A stretch of DNA of 64,000 bases from Octopus sinensis (taxonomy: Eukaryota): NCBI RefSeq assembly GCF_006345805.1, contig NC_042997.1, positions 164,238,001 to 164,302,000 of the forward strand, read 5' to 3'. This document shows, piece after piece, positions 10,231 to 22,825 of this stretch (position 1 is its first letter; every line of letters starts with the position of its first letter). The notes under the pieces are model-generated. The model was not told the origin of the DNA, made no database searches, and saw only the letters and a program-made list of their open reading frames with translations. The translations under genes were made by a program, and so were the position numbers.

Positions 10231-12674
10231 TCATCATCATCATCATCATCATCATCGTTTAACATCCGTTTTCTGCGCTAGCACAGGTTGGACGGTTCGA
10301 CCGGGGTCTGGGAAGCCAGGGGCTGCACCAGGTTCCAGTCTGATCTGGCAGTGTTTCTACAGCTGGATGCCCTTCCTAATGCCAACCACTCTGCGAGTGT
10401 AGTGGGTGCTTTTTACGTGCCACCTGCACAGGTGCCAGGTGAGTCTGGCATTGGCCACAATCGATTGGTGCTTTTAACATGCCACCGGCATGGAAGCCAG
10501 CCAAGGCGTCGCTGGCATCGGCCACGTTCGGATGGTGCTTTTTATGTGCTACCGGCACAGAAGCCAGTCAAGGCTTTTTTTGGATGGTGCTTTTTATGTG
10601 CCACTGGCACAGGTATCAGAACTACTATTTCCATTGATATTTGTTTCGATGTTCATGTACATGCACTTGACTCAACAGGTCTCCTCAAGCACAGCGAGAT
10701 GTTCTGGGAGATGAATGGGCAGGGGCTATGCGGAACTGGTGCCGGAAGCATCCCAGGTCTTTGCAGTCACAGCACATCTCCAGAGATCTCGGTCCTTCGC
10801 CATTGCCTCAGTGAGGCCCAACGCTCTGAGGTCATGCTTGACTACCTCATCCCATGTCTTCCTGGGTCTACCTCTCCCCCTGATTCCTTCAACTGTTTGG
10901 GAGCGGCACTTCTTCACACATCTCTCCTCATCCATCCGCAGTACATGACCATACCATCACAAGCGTCGCTTTTGCACACTGCATCTGATGCTTCTTATGT
11001 CTAGCATTTCTCTCAGGGTGCTTACACTCTGTCGTGCATTCACACTGACATTACACATCCAGCGGATCATGCTAGCTTCATTTCTTTCAAGTCTACGCAT
11101 GTCCTCTGCAGTCACGGCCCATGTTTCACTACCGTGAAGCATGGCAGTTCGCACACATGCATCATACAATCTACCTTTCACTCTGAGTGAGAGACCCTTT
11201 GTCGCCAGTAGGGGTAGGAGCTTTCTAAACTTTGCCCAGGCTAATCGTATTCTAGTGGTGACACTCTCTGAGCATCCACCTCCACTACTAACTTGGTCAC
11301 TCAGGTAGCGGAAACTATCAACTACTTCTAGTTTCTCTCCCTGGAGTATGATGGAATCTGTTTCCTGAGTATTTGTGGTGTCTATTGTCCCTGTACATCT
11401 GCCGCACATGAAAGCTATCTTATCAGTTAATTTCCCTTTGATGTTGCTGTACCTCTTATGCGTCCATAGCTTACACTGGGTGCATCTTATGGAGTTTCTA
11501 CCTACACCTTTCCTACAGATCGAGCAGGGCCACCTGCCCGATGGGGTGTGTGCTGAGTTTGCCTTTCTGCTTACTATAACTTTGGTCTTCGCTACATTTA
11601 CTCTAAGGCCCTTTGATTCTAACCCTTGTTTCCACACCCGAAATTTCTTTTCTAGTTCCGGTAGTGATTCTGCTATGAGAGCCAGGTCATCAGCATAGAG
11701 GAGCACCCAGGGGCAACCTGTTTTGAATTCCTCTGTTATTGCCTGGAGGACTATGATGAATAAAAGGGGACTGAGGGCTGAGCCTTGGTGTACACCTACT
11801 TCTACCCGGAATTCTTCACTATATTCGTTGCCAATCCTAACCTTGCTGACAGCCTCTCTGTATAGGGCCTGTACAGCCCTTATTAGCCATTCGTCAATCT
11901 CCAGTTTCCGCATCGACCACCAGATAAGGGATCAGAGGACCCTGTCAAAGGCTTTCTCCAAGTCCACAAAAGCTATGTAGAGGGGTTTATCTTTAGCTAG
12001 GTACTTCTCCTGCAGTTGTCGGACCAGGAATATAACATCAGAGGTGCTTCTACCCGGCACAAAACCGAACTGCATCTCATCTAAGCAAATTCTCTCCCTA
12101 ATGAGATGGGTTATGACCCTCTCTGTGACCTTCATCACCTGATCCAACAGTTTAATACCCCTGTAGTTATTTCTATCTAGAGCATCACCCTTACCCTTGT
12201 AGCAGTTGACTATGGTGCTGCTATGCCAGTCATTAGGTATGACTCCATTATGAACTACCTGGTTTACAATACGGGTGACTAGGCCATAGCCCACATAACC
12301 AGCTGTTTTAAGCATCTCAGCAGTGATACCTGATGGGTCGGGGGCTTTACCTGGTTTCATACCCTTAATTGCCTTAACTACAAGGGAGCTGTCTATTTGG
12401 ATAGCTGGTCCCTTTACTGGGTCAACATTTGGCAGGCTCTCCTCCTCCCATTCATTCTCCACATTCAGCAGTCTTTCATAATGGCTTCTCCAAGCCTCTT
12501 TCTTTCCACCAACATTAAAAGCAAGTTCCCCATCATCCATGCGGACACATTTCTCTCCTGTAACATCACTATTTTCTCTCACACACTGTTTAGCAATCCG
12601 AAATACCTCAGTTCTTCGGTCCTCATGTCGCTGGACATTGGCAAACTTCTTCTTTTCTGCTATATCTTTGGCTA
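10231..12674 (-). mobile_element. 5'-truncated RTE-clade LINE with reverse transcriptase, C-terminal domain and 3' UTR with (GAT)n tail; inactivated
   Basis: ORFs 11932-12582 (KAPDPSGITAEMLK, NNYRGIKLL, FVDLEKAFDRV), 10957-11913 (GVHQGSALSPLLF, LLYADDL, CxxC motifs) and 10726-10935 (RGRGRPRKTW) are colinear and split by in-frame stops. Confidence 0.95.
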
Positions 12675-12709
12675 TGTATATATATATATCATCATCATCA
12701 TCATCATCG

Positions 12710-12716
<7 letters not shown>

Positions 12717-12775
<59 letters not shown>
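12717..12775. repeat. (TA)n microsatellite
   Basis: Directly visible. Confidence 0.95.
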
Positions 12776-12777
<2 letters not shown>

Positions 12778-13875
12778 AGAGAGAGAAAGAGAGTGTGCAC
12801 AAAGAACTTGCTCAACTTCTTGACTGGTATATTAATTATTGATTCTCAAAAGGATGAAAAGTAAAGTTGAGTTTGGTAGGATTTGAACTCAGAACCGGAA
12901 CAAATATCACAACGTATTCTATTTGATGCCCTGACAATCAAAATTTCAAGAAAAATATATTTACTTATATTTTAATGATGTTAAAATTAAAAATTTTAAT
13001 GATGTTTAAAATTATAAAAAAAAAAGGTAGCTTTTTAATAAATAACTGCTGCAATAAATAAAATAAATAAATTCAGTAAAATATTACATAATAATGTTTG
13101 CATGATAAACTTCCAGAAGGTTCTTTTAATAAAAGAGAAGAAACAAAAAATATTTAGAGAAACAAGATGAAATATATATCTAATTTTACTTATGCTAATG
13201 GAAAAGTTATAAAAAGTTTATTCTTCATAACTAGGTAAATCTAGAAATAGCTCGATATTTAGAAATGCATAGTTTTAAAGTATTGAAAAAAAAAAAGAGA
13301 AGATATGATCCCTGGAGGTGATAAGCTATTGCAGTAACTTGAAAAATGAACCACTGTTACTAAGTGGTTTGAAGTCATGCTGCTGCTACGAAATAAAGAT
13401 TGTTCTTGGCAAAAAATATAAGCTTTTTTCTATTGAGATGAGAGTAATGTTTTCACTGACAATGATTCTGGTCGGCAGCTTCTAAGAAGTTTTTCCAATT
13501 TAGCTTGGATAAAAGTAAGCTGTTTATTGATTGTTGATGGTGACATGTTGCTTCATTGCACAATATGCTATTTATCTATGGCAGAAGATGTTGTTTTGCA
13601 CTTTGGCTTCCACAGACAGAATTGTGTGCTCATAAGCATACAGATTAGATAATATTTTATCGTGATTCAAATATTAAAGTCAATGCATTATATTCAAATA
13701 CTAACCACTGACATAGCATTAATGTCAAAATAACAAAAAAAAAAATTTTTAAATTGCACAGATTATAACATAAGAATTACGTACATCTTAATGTATACAA
13801 AAATAAATGCATTTAATAAATAATAATGCATTCAAATAATTTTTTTCCCATTGCTTTTATCATACTTGTCAGTGT

Positions 13876-13978
13876 CAACATCATCATCGTCGTCACTATC
13901 CTCGTCATTATCATCATCACTACCATCATCATTGTCATCATCATCATTATCATCATCATCGTCGTCGTCATCATCATC

Positions 13979-14010
<32 letters not shown>

Positions 14011-14036
14011 CATCATCATCGTCATCATCATCATAA
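13876..14036. repeat. (CAT/CGT)n microsatellite
   Basis: Directly visible. Confidence 0.95.
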
Positions 14037-14504
14037 TAAGCTCTCTTTTCATGCTGATATGAAAATTCCTTGTTTTTCTTTGTTTTGTTTTGTTTTTTTT
14101 TGTTTTGTTTTGTTATTGTAGCAGCTGTAACCAGGTTCATTTTACTAGGTTTCCATTTGAATAGAAGCATCCTGTATGCTGTTTCCTGGGAATTTCATGC
14201 ATTGTGAGCTTACAACTAGATTCTATGACTCCTCAACTACAACTTGTGACTTCTCAACAAGTATTACAGTATCGTTTATTTTATATTACAATTTGTGAAC
14301 AATGGTGTTATAGATTGCAGGCTTCCAACAGGCCAACCACTGATTCACAGCTTTCTGAAGGTGAAGGAGACATGAAAGTGTACCTAACTCAATGCAGAAC
14401 AAATATCTCAATGGACTTCATTCTTCAGACATCATTTTTGGTTTGTTTGGAGATTTTTTACTGATACTTATATTCCTCAAGGATATACATCAGTAAGTCA
14501 CACA

Positions 14505-14885
14505 GACACACACATGCACATACACACACATGCACATACACACACATGCACACACACACACATGCACATACACACACATGCACATACACACACATGCACA
14601 CACACACATGCACATACACACATGTGCACATACACACACATACTAACTCACACTCACACTCTTTCTCTCTCTCTCTCACACATGCATGTACACACATATA
14701 CACACACACATGCATGTACACAAACACACACTAACTCACACTCACACACTCTCTCTCTCTCTTACACACACACACATGCATGTGTGCACACACATACATA
14801 CATACACAGACACTAACTGACACTCACACAGATACACACACACACACACACACATATGTACATGCAGACACATCTGTGTGCACTC
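14505..14885. repeat. Degenerate (CA)n/CACATG satellite with internal duplications
   Basis: Directly visible. Confidence 0.9.
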
Positions 14886-15334
14886 ACATGATGAGTTTCT
14901 ACAATTTCTGCCCACCTCAATTTCCCTAACATATTACTGGTCAGAGACAATAGAAGAAGACACCAGCTCAAAATATCATGCAATGGCCCAGCTCTCCACC
15001 AGTTATGATGACAAGTGTTCCAATTAATTTGATCAACAGAATAACTTGCTAATGAAATTAACATGAAAGTAGCAGAGCACTCCACAGACACCTATACCTT
15101 TACCATAGTTCTCAGAGAGATTCAGCATGACAAAGAATTTGACAAGGTTGGTCCTTTTAAATTACAGGTGCATCTCATTTTTGCCAGTTGAATGGACTGG
15201 AGCAATGAGAACTAAAGTGTCTTGCTCAAGGGCATAATGCACCATTAGGAATCACACTCACAACTTTAGAATCCTAATCCAAATACCCCAACCCCTAATC
15301 CACACAAATGGAATTTTTCATGGGTTCTCATCTT

Positions 15335-15700
15335 TATCATTGTTGTTTAACATCTGCTTTTCCATAGGTTGGATGGTCTAACTGAGGGCTAACCAGGAGG
15401 CCGCACTGGGCCCCAATCTGATTTAGCAAGTTTCTAAAGCTGGATGCCCTTCCTAACCACTCTGAGAGTGTAGTGGATACTTTTTACGTGCCACTGGCAT
15501 GGGGGCCACTCAGGCGGCACTGGCATCAACCACACAAGAATAGTGCTTTTTACAGGCTGCCAGCACAGCAGCCAGTCAGGCAGCACTGGCATTGACCATG
15601 CTCGAGTGGTGCTTTTTATGTGCCACTGGCATGGGAGCCACTCAGGCAGTACTGGCATCAGTCATGCTCAAATGGTGCTTTTACATGCCACGAGCATCTG
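15335..15700 (-). mobile_element. Older RTE 3'-UTR fragment with four GGTGCTTTTTAYGTGCCAC units
   Basis: Similar to the 10231-10620 segment. Confidence 0.75.
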
Positions 15701-16084
15701 TGAGTCATGAAATGAATTTCTTGAGCATATAACCATATCTGCACCCATAGGACCATAAGATGTTAAGAGCTCATAAATAATTTCCAAATGATAAAGTCTT
15801 TCTCTAACTTTCTAACTCCATTTCTTTTATTATTTCTATTGCAACACATTCATCATTGATGAACCCACCCCACCCTCATCCCCACAACCACCACCACCAC
15901 CACCAGCACAGGGTCACAGGTGATGAAAGCTATGCATTAATCAAAAATTTGAACTCAAAACCAATACATGAATTAAAACAATATAATGATTAAAAAGTAA
16001 TACCAGAAACAGGTGTCAGTGGTAAAATTATGAACATATGACAGGTGGTAGTCAGGGTTGTAATCATCATCGTCATCGTCATTG

Positions 16085-16120
<36 letters not shown>

Positions 16121-16188
16121 GTAACAACAACAACAATCTGCTACAATTTTCACTTTGCATTAGATAGGGTGACAGATGTATAACTTAC

Positions 16189-16264
16189 CCCATTCCTTCA
16201 TCTGTGTCACAAGTTCTTCAGCAGTGACAGTATGAATGTCCTTCATCAGGATCTTCTTCACCAT
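16189..16264 (-). CDS. Candidate first coding exon of an unidentified host gene (MVKKILMKDIHTVTAEELVTQMKEW, phase-1 end); whole exon 16189-16398
   Basis: Acceptor CTTTCAG at 16399-16405 (minus strand), an in-frame TAA just upstream of the ATG at 16264, and a consensus donor G|GTAAGT at 16188-16183. The sequence is unique, with normal amino acid composition. The protein was not recognised. Confidence 0.5.
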
Positions 16265-17684
16265 TTTTCTAGAAGATTAACCCTTGTTCATCCTACTGTA
16301 GGTTGGTTCCCAGATGATGAATCAATGGAGAGGCAATGAGGAAGGAGTCTTGAGCAATACACAGAAATCTGTAACCATCTTCTTGCTAGCTTGTTAAACT
16401 GAAAGTTATAGACAAAATTGTAAAATTATTTTAGATGAAAATAGATTAAACAACACAAAGCAAATAATAAGAATTTATTTTCAGCTTGACACATGGCCAG
16501 AATTTTTGGGAAGTGGGTTGTTGACAATTATGTTTAATGTGATACTAATTTTATCAAACCCCAGAAGAATGGAAGTAGAAGTTAACAGTAGTAGGATTTG
16601 AACCTGAAATGTAAAGAGACATGATTAAATATGGTAAATAAAATGATTAAATATGGTAAATAAAATGATTAAATAAATATAAGAAATAAGTGGAAATTTT
16701 ACCAGTGAGTGTGTTACATTATAAGGCAAAAAAAAGAAAATGACTCTCCCCAGACACAACAAAATATGCTTCAACACACAAATTCATATAAAGAATCTTG
16801 CAAACCAAATCCAAAAACAAAATAAATATGGTAAGATATTCTGGCCTCCACTCTGCTGATTTTATCATTGACTACCATATACAGGTGTTACATATTTATA
16901 AACATATTGTGAAAAAGGCATCAGATATAACAGGTACATGAGGAGCAAATATGAATGTGATATGGAAGGTGACATGACAGTTGACAGACATTGTGAAAAC
17001 AACAGCAGAAATGTATATTCATAGTTATGATGTATCACTTGGTATCATGTATATATCACTTGGTGTGTCAAAAAAAGCGAGAGATATTGATAAGTATATA
17101 GGGAAAACAATATATCGTTGGTTGATAGATATTTATAAATAAAATATGAGAGTCACACATCACTTGATACATATTAGCCAGTGTAAGAGGGTGGTGACAC
17201 ATGAAAATAAGAGAACAAAGCTACTGGAGTGAAGTTATAAGAGGTGATATGTAGAATTAAAAGCTTATGCTGGGCTTGTGAAATAGACAGTGACAAGGAC
17301 AGATTTATTGATTCTTGTCTAAAACAGCAGAACATTGTAGTTGGAATATAAGTCCCAATAGTTTGTTCAAGTTTGTAGCCAGTCATAACTTGAACATAAT
17401 ACAATGACAACTTTGTTTTCAAAATCCGTGGTAAAAAAAAAGTTATATAAATAGATGTCTCAACTTTAATCAGTGAGTTTCCTACTTATATCAAAAACAT
17501 AATTATTTCAAGTCTATTTCACTTACTAAATACAATTCTTTCTTTCTTAAGATAGCTGTTATAATGGTAGATGTAATAAACTAATGCATTGGCATTTAAA
17601 TTCTTTGCATTATGTTACATCCAGAATTTAAAATGATCTTTGTAGGAAATGATTTACTTGCTTTATTTCCTTCCAATGTGTGTG

Positions 17685-17776
<92 letters not shown>

Positions 17777-18730
17777 CATACAGAAACACATACACACATA
17801 TGCACACATACATGTATATATACGTGTATAAATGTATGTATGCATATGTATGTATTACAAATTTACAAAGAAAGCTATAACATAATTATTTACTATGGTT
17901 GCAGAGTTTTATACATTTTAGCAGCAAATTCATCCAAGTCTTAAAGATGTAGAACGAATTTGACACTAATTGTACATTATATAATCTTCCTATGTTAAAA
18001 GATTATTTTTCTTTACAATGATGATGCGATTCATATAATATATATATATATATATATATATCTCAAATTTTCATTCATGCCACAAGACCCTTTTAAGCAT
18101 TTATATTTTTATTTCTACATTCATTCTCTTGTTTCCCTATATACTCTTTATTCGCTTCCTTTTCCAAAATAATTCCTCATATTGAACTCCAATATTTCCC
18201 TCTATTTAACCATTTAACATTGTCTCCAGTGAAAGGATATCCCTAATATCCCAGAAACAGCTGTAAGACTAACTTTCTCTTTATAAATGTCCTGAAAATT
18301 CCACACAGCCTTGGCTTTGTTGTCTTTTTTTATTAAAATTTTATCTAACACACACAAACACACACACATGCATGTGTGTGTATGTGTGTGTGTGTAGATA
18401 GATAGACAGATAGAAATATAGATACATACATCATTATCATCATTTAATGTATGTTTTCCATACAGGCATAGACTGGATGGTTTTGCAAGATCTGAGGAGT
18501 TGCAGAGCTGTATCAGGTCCTGATGCTAATTTTGACATAGTTTCTACAACTAGATATCCTTCTAAACACCAGTCACTCTACAGTGCATAGTGGGTGCTTT
18601 TTTCATGATACCACCGTTAGTGAGATTGCCTAGTAACTTGAAAGACAAAGAAAAGAAAGGAAAGGTAAAAGAGCAAGTCTCCTCAACTGAGTAGAAGTGT
18701 TTTTGAGAGAAGGGGAAGTATATCTTAACA

Positions 18731-19920
18731 TGGAATATGACCTAATGAGGTTTATTTTTCAACATAGATCCCTTTGTGATCCACACGCTTTTTCCATCAG
18801 TGAGGCAGTGCTTGGTGACCATTGGTGAAGAAGCTTTCATCCCGTTAATCAAACAGTCATCAATAGTAGATATGGTGTCATCATCACAGCAATATTGATT
18901 CTCAGCCAAGAGTTTTTCATGTTAGAGAACAGATGGTAGTCAGATGGAGGCAAATCAGAAGAATAGGGAAGATGGTCAACTAGTTCAAAGCCACATTCAC
19001 AAACAGCAGCCATTAAAACCAAGAACTTGTATGCTGGAACATTGTCCTCATGAAGCATGACCCATTTCATTAGTTTGCTTGGATGTTTGATTTTGATAAC
19101 CTTTCTAACTCCCTCTGCAAATTGGCACAGTACTCTCCATTGATAGCGTAGTCCTTTTGAAGATAGACAACAAGCACAATACCTTTTGCATAACCCCCAA
19201 AATTGAGCCCATTATCTTCCCTGTTGATATAACAACCTTGACCTTCTTTAGAGCAGGTTTTCACTGCATGAATTGTCTTTTTGTTTCTATCTTAAAGTGA
19301 TGAAGCTAACACTCATCCAGAGTTAGGAAACGTTCAAGGAAACCAGCTGGATCTGCTTCAAACAATCTCAGATTTTGCCATGATGTGGTCATCCTGGTGC
19401 ACTTTTGCTCACATGTCAGAAGACATGGCAGCTACTGAGCAGAAATTTTTGTCATGCCAAGTTCATTGTACAGAATATTCTTAACTTCTGTATGGGATAT
19501 GCTAATAACATTGGCTATTTGATTTATAGTCAATCACCTGTCACCCATTATCATGTGGTGAACACGATTAACATTTTCATTAGTGGTGAGAGTTACAAGA
19601 CATCCAGACATGGGATCATCTTCAACACTCCTAAATTCAGCTACCCACTTTTGCACTGTTGATAAAATCAGAGTATCATCTCCTAATGTAGCAATTAAGT
19701 CAGCATGAACGTCCTTGATGACAAAACCGTTTTTCTGCAGGTACTTGATAACACCACAATGCAAATTTTTGTCCATTTTCAAGAGAAGTTGCTACTACTT
19801 ACTTATTGATGTATTTTTTGAACAACCGGATGTCAGTTTACTTGGAAAAAAACAATGTAGTTATTAATCAGGAGAGTTGAAATTAGTGCATGGAAGATTT
19901 CACAGTTTGGCATTACTCCT
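18731..19920 (-). mobile_element. Decayed mariner transposon (family M1)
   Basis: ORF 19534-19782 (HTH region, STVQKWVAEF...EDDP) and ORF 18849-19070 (LHEDNVPAY...HLPYSSDLPPSDYHLF, equivalent to YSPDL). Confidence 0.85.
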
Positions 19921-21065
19921 TTATACACACCCAAGCACACATGCACATGTGCACCAATGAACTGATGCTGTCAGTTCATACATGAACACAAACACACACA
20001 CATGCACATGAACACACACGAGATACACACACCTGTGCACTCATGCAGCTGGTATACCCCCATATGTGCAAATGGTGTCACTAGCAATTCGTACTCCACT
20101 TCCTAGACAGCAAGGTGCCACCAACATCCTGTTCAACCACATGGTCCTAGAAATACAGATAGGGATTTCTATCTGATGTCACGATTATATCAATACCAAG
20201 ATCAAAACAACACCATTAAGCCTGCCTCCACCAATAACTATCCAGTCTCTAGTAACCATGCTGAAATTCCTCCATTCAGTCACCTAAGCCTGAAGAGTTA
20301 GGTTCATTGTACAAGTTCACAAAACGTGAAGTTGCATTGAGCCAAATCAAACTGTTATCAAATAATATAAATATTCATATGCACATATGTATGTATATAC
20401 ATATACATGTATATACATATACATGTATATACATACATATGCACATATATATGTGTATAGCCATGTACATCTTCTCCTTGACTTACAACTGAGTTCCATT
20501 CTGACTGACAGGTTGTAAATCAATCTGGTCATATGTTAGATTTATATTTTGAAACACTATTTTCATTCAAATGCAACTGATACTTGAAAGCAACTGAGTG
20601 AGAGACAGTGGCAGGCAGTGGATGCCTGGGTTTGAGGGGGTGCCTGTGTTGCTTGATTCTGCCATAGTTAGCATATGCGCAGCTGCCCAACGTTCAAAAA
20701 TCGATTTTTTAATTTATTTTCTTATTTTCTTGTGGCTGTAAGTGGATGGATGGTCATAAGTCATATAGATCGTAAGTCAAGGAGAGGGTGTATAGGTGTA
20801 TGAGTGTATGTGTATGTGCATGTGCATGTGTATGTATGTGTAAGAAAAGACTAATAATAAGAATAAGTAAATGAATGAATAAAATATAATTAGTGGAATC
20901 TGAGCTGAGATCTAAATAGGTGTGGAAGAAAAATGCCTCAGTAAAAATGTGCTGATAAGGGAAGAGAAAGAGGAGTGACAATGATATAAAGGAAACTGAA
21001 TTTAGGAACAAGAGAGATGTTTAACTGTCAGTCGAAAATGGGAGAAAACATATTCACAACATATG

Positions 21066-21453
21066 TATATATATATATAAAACTGTAGTTGTCTATGGCA
21101 GGTTTGGTAGCCTTCAACTAACACTATCTCCTCCGTGACCCTGCAGCGCAAGTTGACCAAAATTAAGAGTATGATAGAAGGCTTGCTCTTCCTTTCATAG
21201 AAGAAAAAATTCAAATCGGAGCATGTTAACACCAAAAATTATTTACATCAAAAAGGTGCTTTTTTTCTATGAAAATCCCTATTTTTTTACGATTTTTTTA
21301 CTGCTGTGTCGTCATTTTTCGGTGTATTTCAACCAGAAAAATGTTCACTTAAAGAGAATAACAAGCTACATAATACAAAATTTTTTACTTTTCAAAAATT
21401 CTAATTCTAAAGGGTCGAAACAAACCCAAGCAACGCTGGGCGATACTGCTAGT
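21066..21453 (-). mobile_element. Non-autonomous Helitron-like element
   Basis: The minus strand starts ACTAGCAGTATCGCCCAGCGTTGC and ends ...GGTCACGGAGGAGATAG...CAGTTTTATATATA, the same architecture as 8530-9227. Confidence 0.5.
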
Positions 21454-22151
21454 TTCATGCTAAAGTTTAGTTAAGCATTTGTTATTTATGATTATCTAAA
21501 GACATATGGTATCTGAGTGGTAGTCAATGTACACTAAACAAAGTATGAATATATCGAAATAAAGTTGGAACAGGGATCATCCTTATTTAACTCAACCATG
21601 CTTCTAAGATTTCTATTTTTATGTCCTTACGAGATTCCTTTGCTTATCCCAATGAAAACAAATACAAGAATATTTCTAAACATACGTCCAGATAAAAAAG
21701 ATTTCATTTTGATAAAATTAAGATAAAAAGATTAATCTTTTTTGTTCATTGCAGTAAGAATACAATCAGAGATCATTATTTTAGATAGAAAATTTGAAAA
21801 CTCATACTATTTTTTATTATTTCTTAATCTATGCATAAAGCAAAAAAAGAATATAGAAAGTGTAGTCACAACTTATCATATAAGACAACAATGATAGTTA
21901 CTGGAAACAGTTCTCTTTTAACTCATTTAACCCTTTCATTACTGTATTTATTTTGAGATGCTCTGTGTTTCTTTCAATTACTTTAAATATAACAAAAAAT
22001 TTAGTAAAATAACTTAGTTATCATTCAGCTAGTGTTAGGAACATAAATTATGACTAAGGTTTGGTGGAAGATTTTAATTCAAAGCTTATGAAAACAAGAC
22101 ATTTGTATTCAGAGCCAGAGCTGGTTAAACCAAAGTAGAACTTGTCAAATA

Positions 22152-22825
22152 CTAGTTTCAGATTTTGGCACAAGGCCTGCAGTTTTGAGGGAGGTGGGTA
22201 AGTTGATTGCATCAACCTCAGTGTTCAATTGGTACTTATTTTATCAACCCTGAAAGAATGAAAGGCAAAGTGAACTTTAGCAGAATTTGAACTCAGAGTA
22301 TAAAGATGGGCAAAATGCTGCTAAACTCCCAGCATGCTAACAATTCTGCTAGCTCACTACCTTAAACTCATCAAATAATGGTTTCAAATTTTGGCACCAG
22401 GCCACCAAGTTTGGGGGAGGGATTGAGTCAGTTACATTGACCCCAGTGTTCAACTAGTTCTTATTTTATTGACTCCAAAAGGATGAAAGGCAAAGTCAAC
22501 CTTGGCAGAATTTGAACTCAGAATGTAAAGATGAATGAAATGCCACAAAGCATTTTGCCCAGTGTGCTAATGATTCTGCTAGCTCACCACTTTAAACTTG
22601 TCAAATATTCTTTTCTACTCTAGACCCAAGGCCCGAAATTTTGGGGGAAGGAGCCAGTCGATTAGATTGACCCTAGTACGCAACTGGCACTTAATTTATC
22701 GACCCCCAAAAAGATGAAAGGCAAAGTCAACCTCAGCAGAATTTGAACTCAGAATATAAAGACAGACGAAATACCACTAAGCATTTCATCCACCATGCTA
22801 ATGTTTCTGCCAGCTTGTCACCTTA
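22152..22825 (-). mobile_element. Three head-to-tail family A SINEs separated by a shared 13-14-bp direct repeat
   Basis: Copies at about 22152-22363, 22378-22593 and 22608-22825. AAACTTGTCAAAT-like repeats at 22139, 22364, 22594 and 22826. Confidence 0.85.

Noticed and set aside
10288-11004. 238-aa plus-strand ORF and similar ORFs over RTE copies
   Set aside because: They are antisense to the RTE coding region or 3' UTR, with no independent protein signature.
16620-16678. Short tandem duplications (about 21 bp here; also about 1685-1733, 27426-27493, 38598-38637)
   Set aside because: Ordinary slippage duplications with no further structure.
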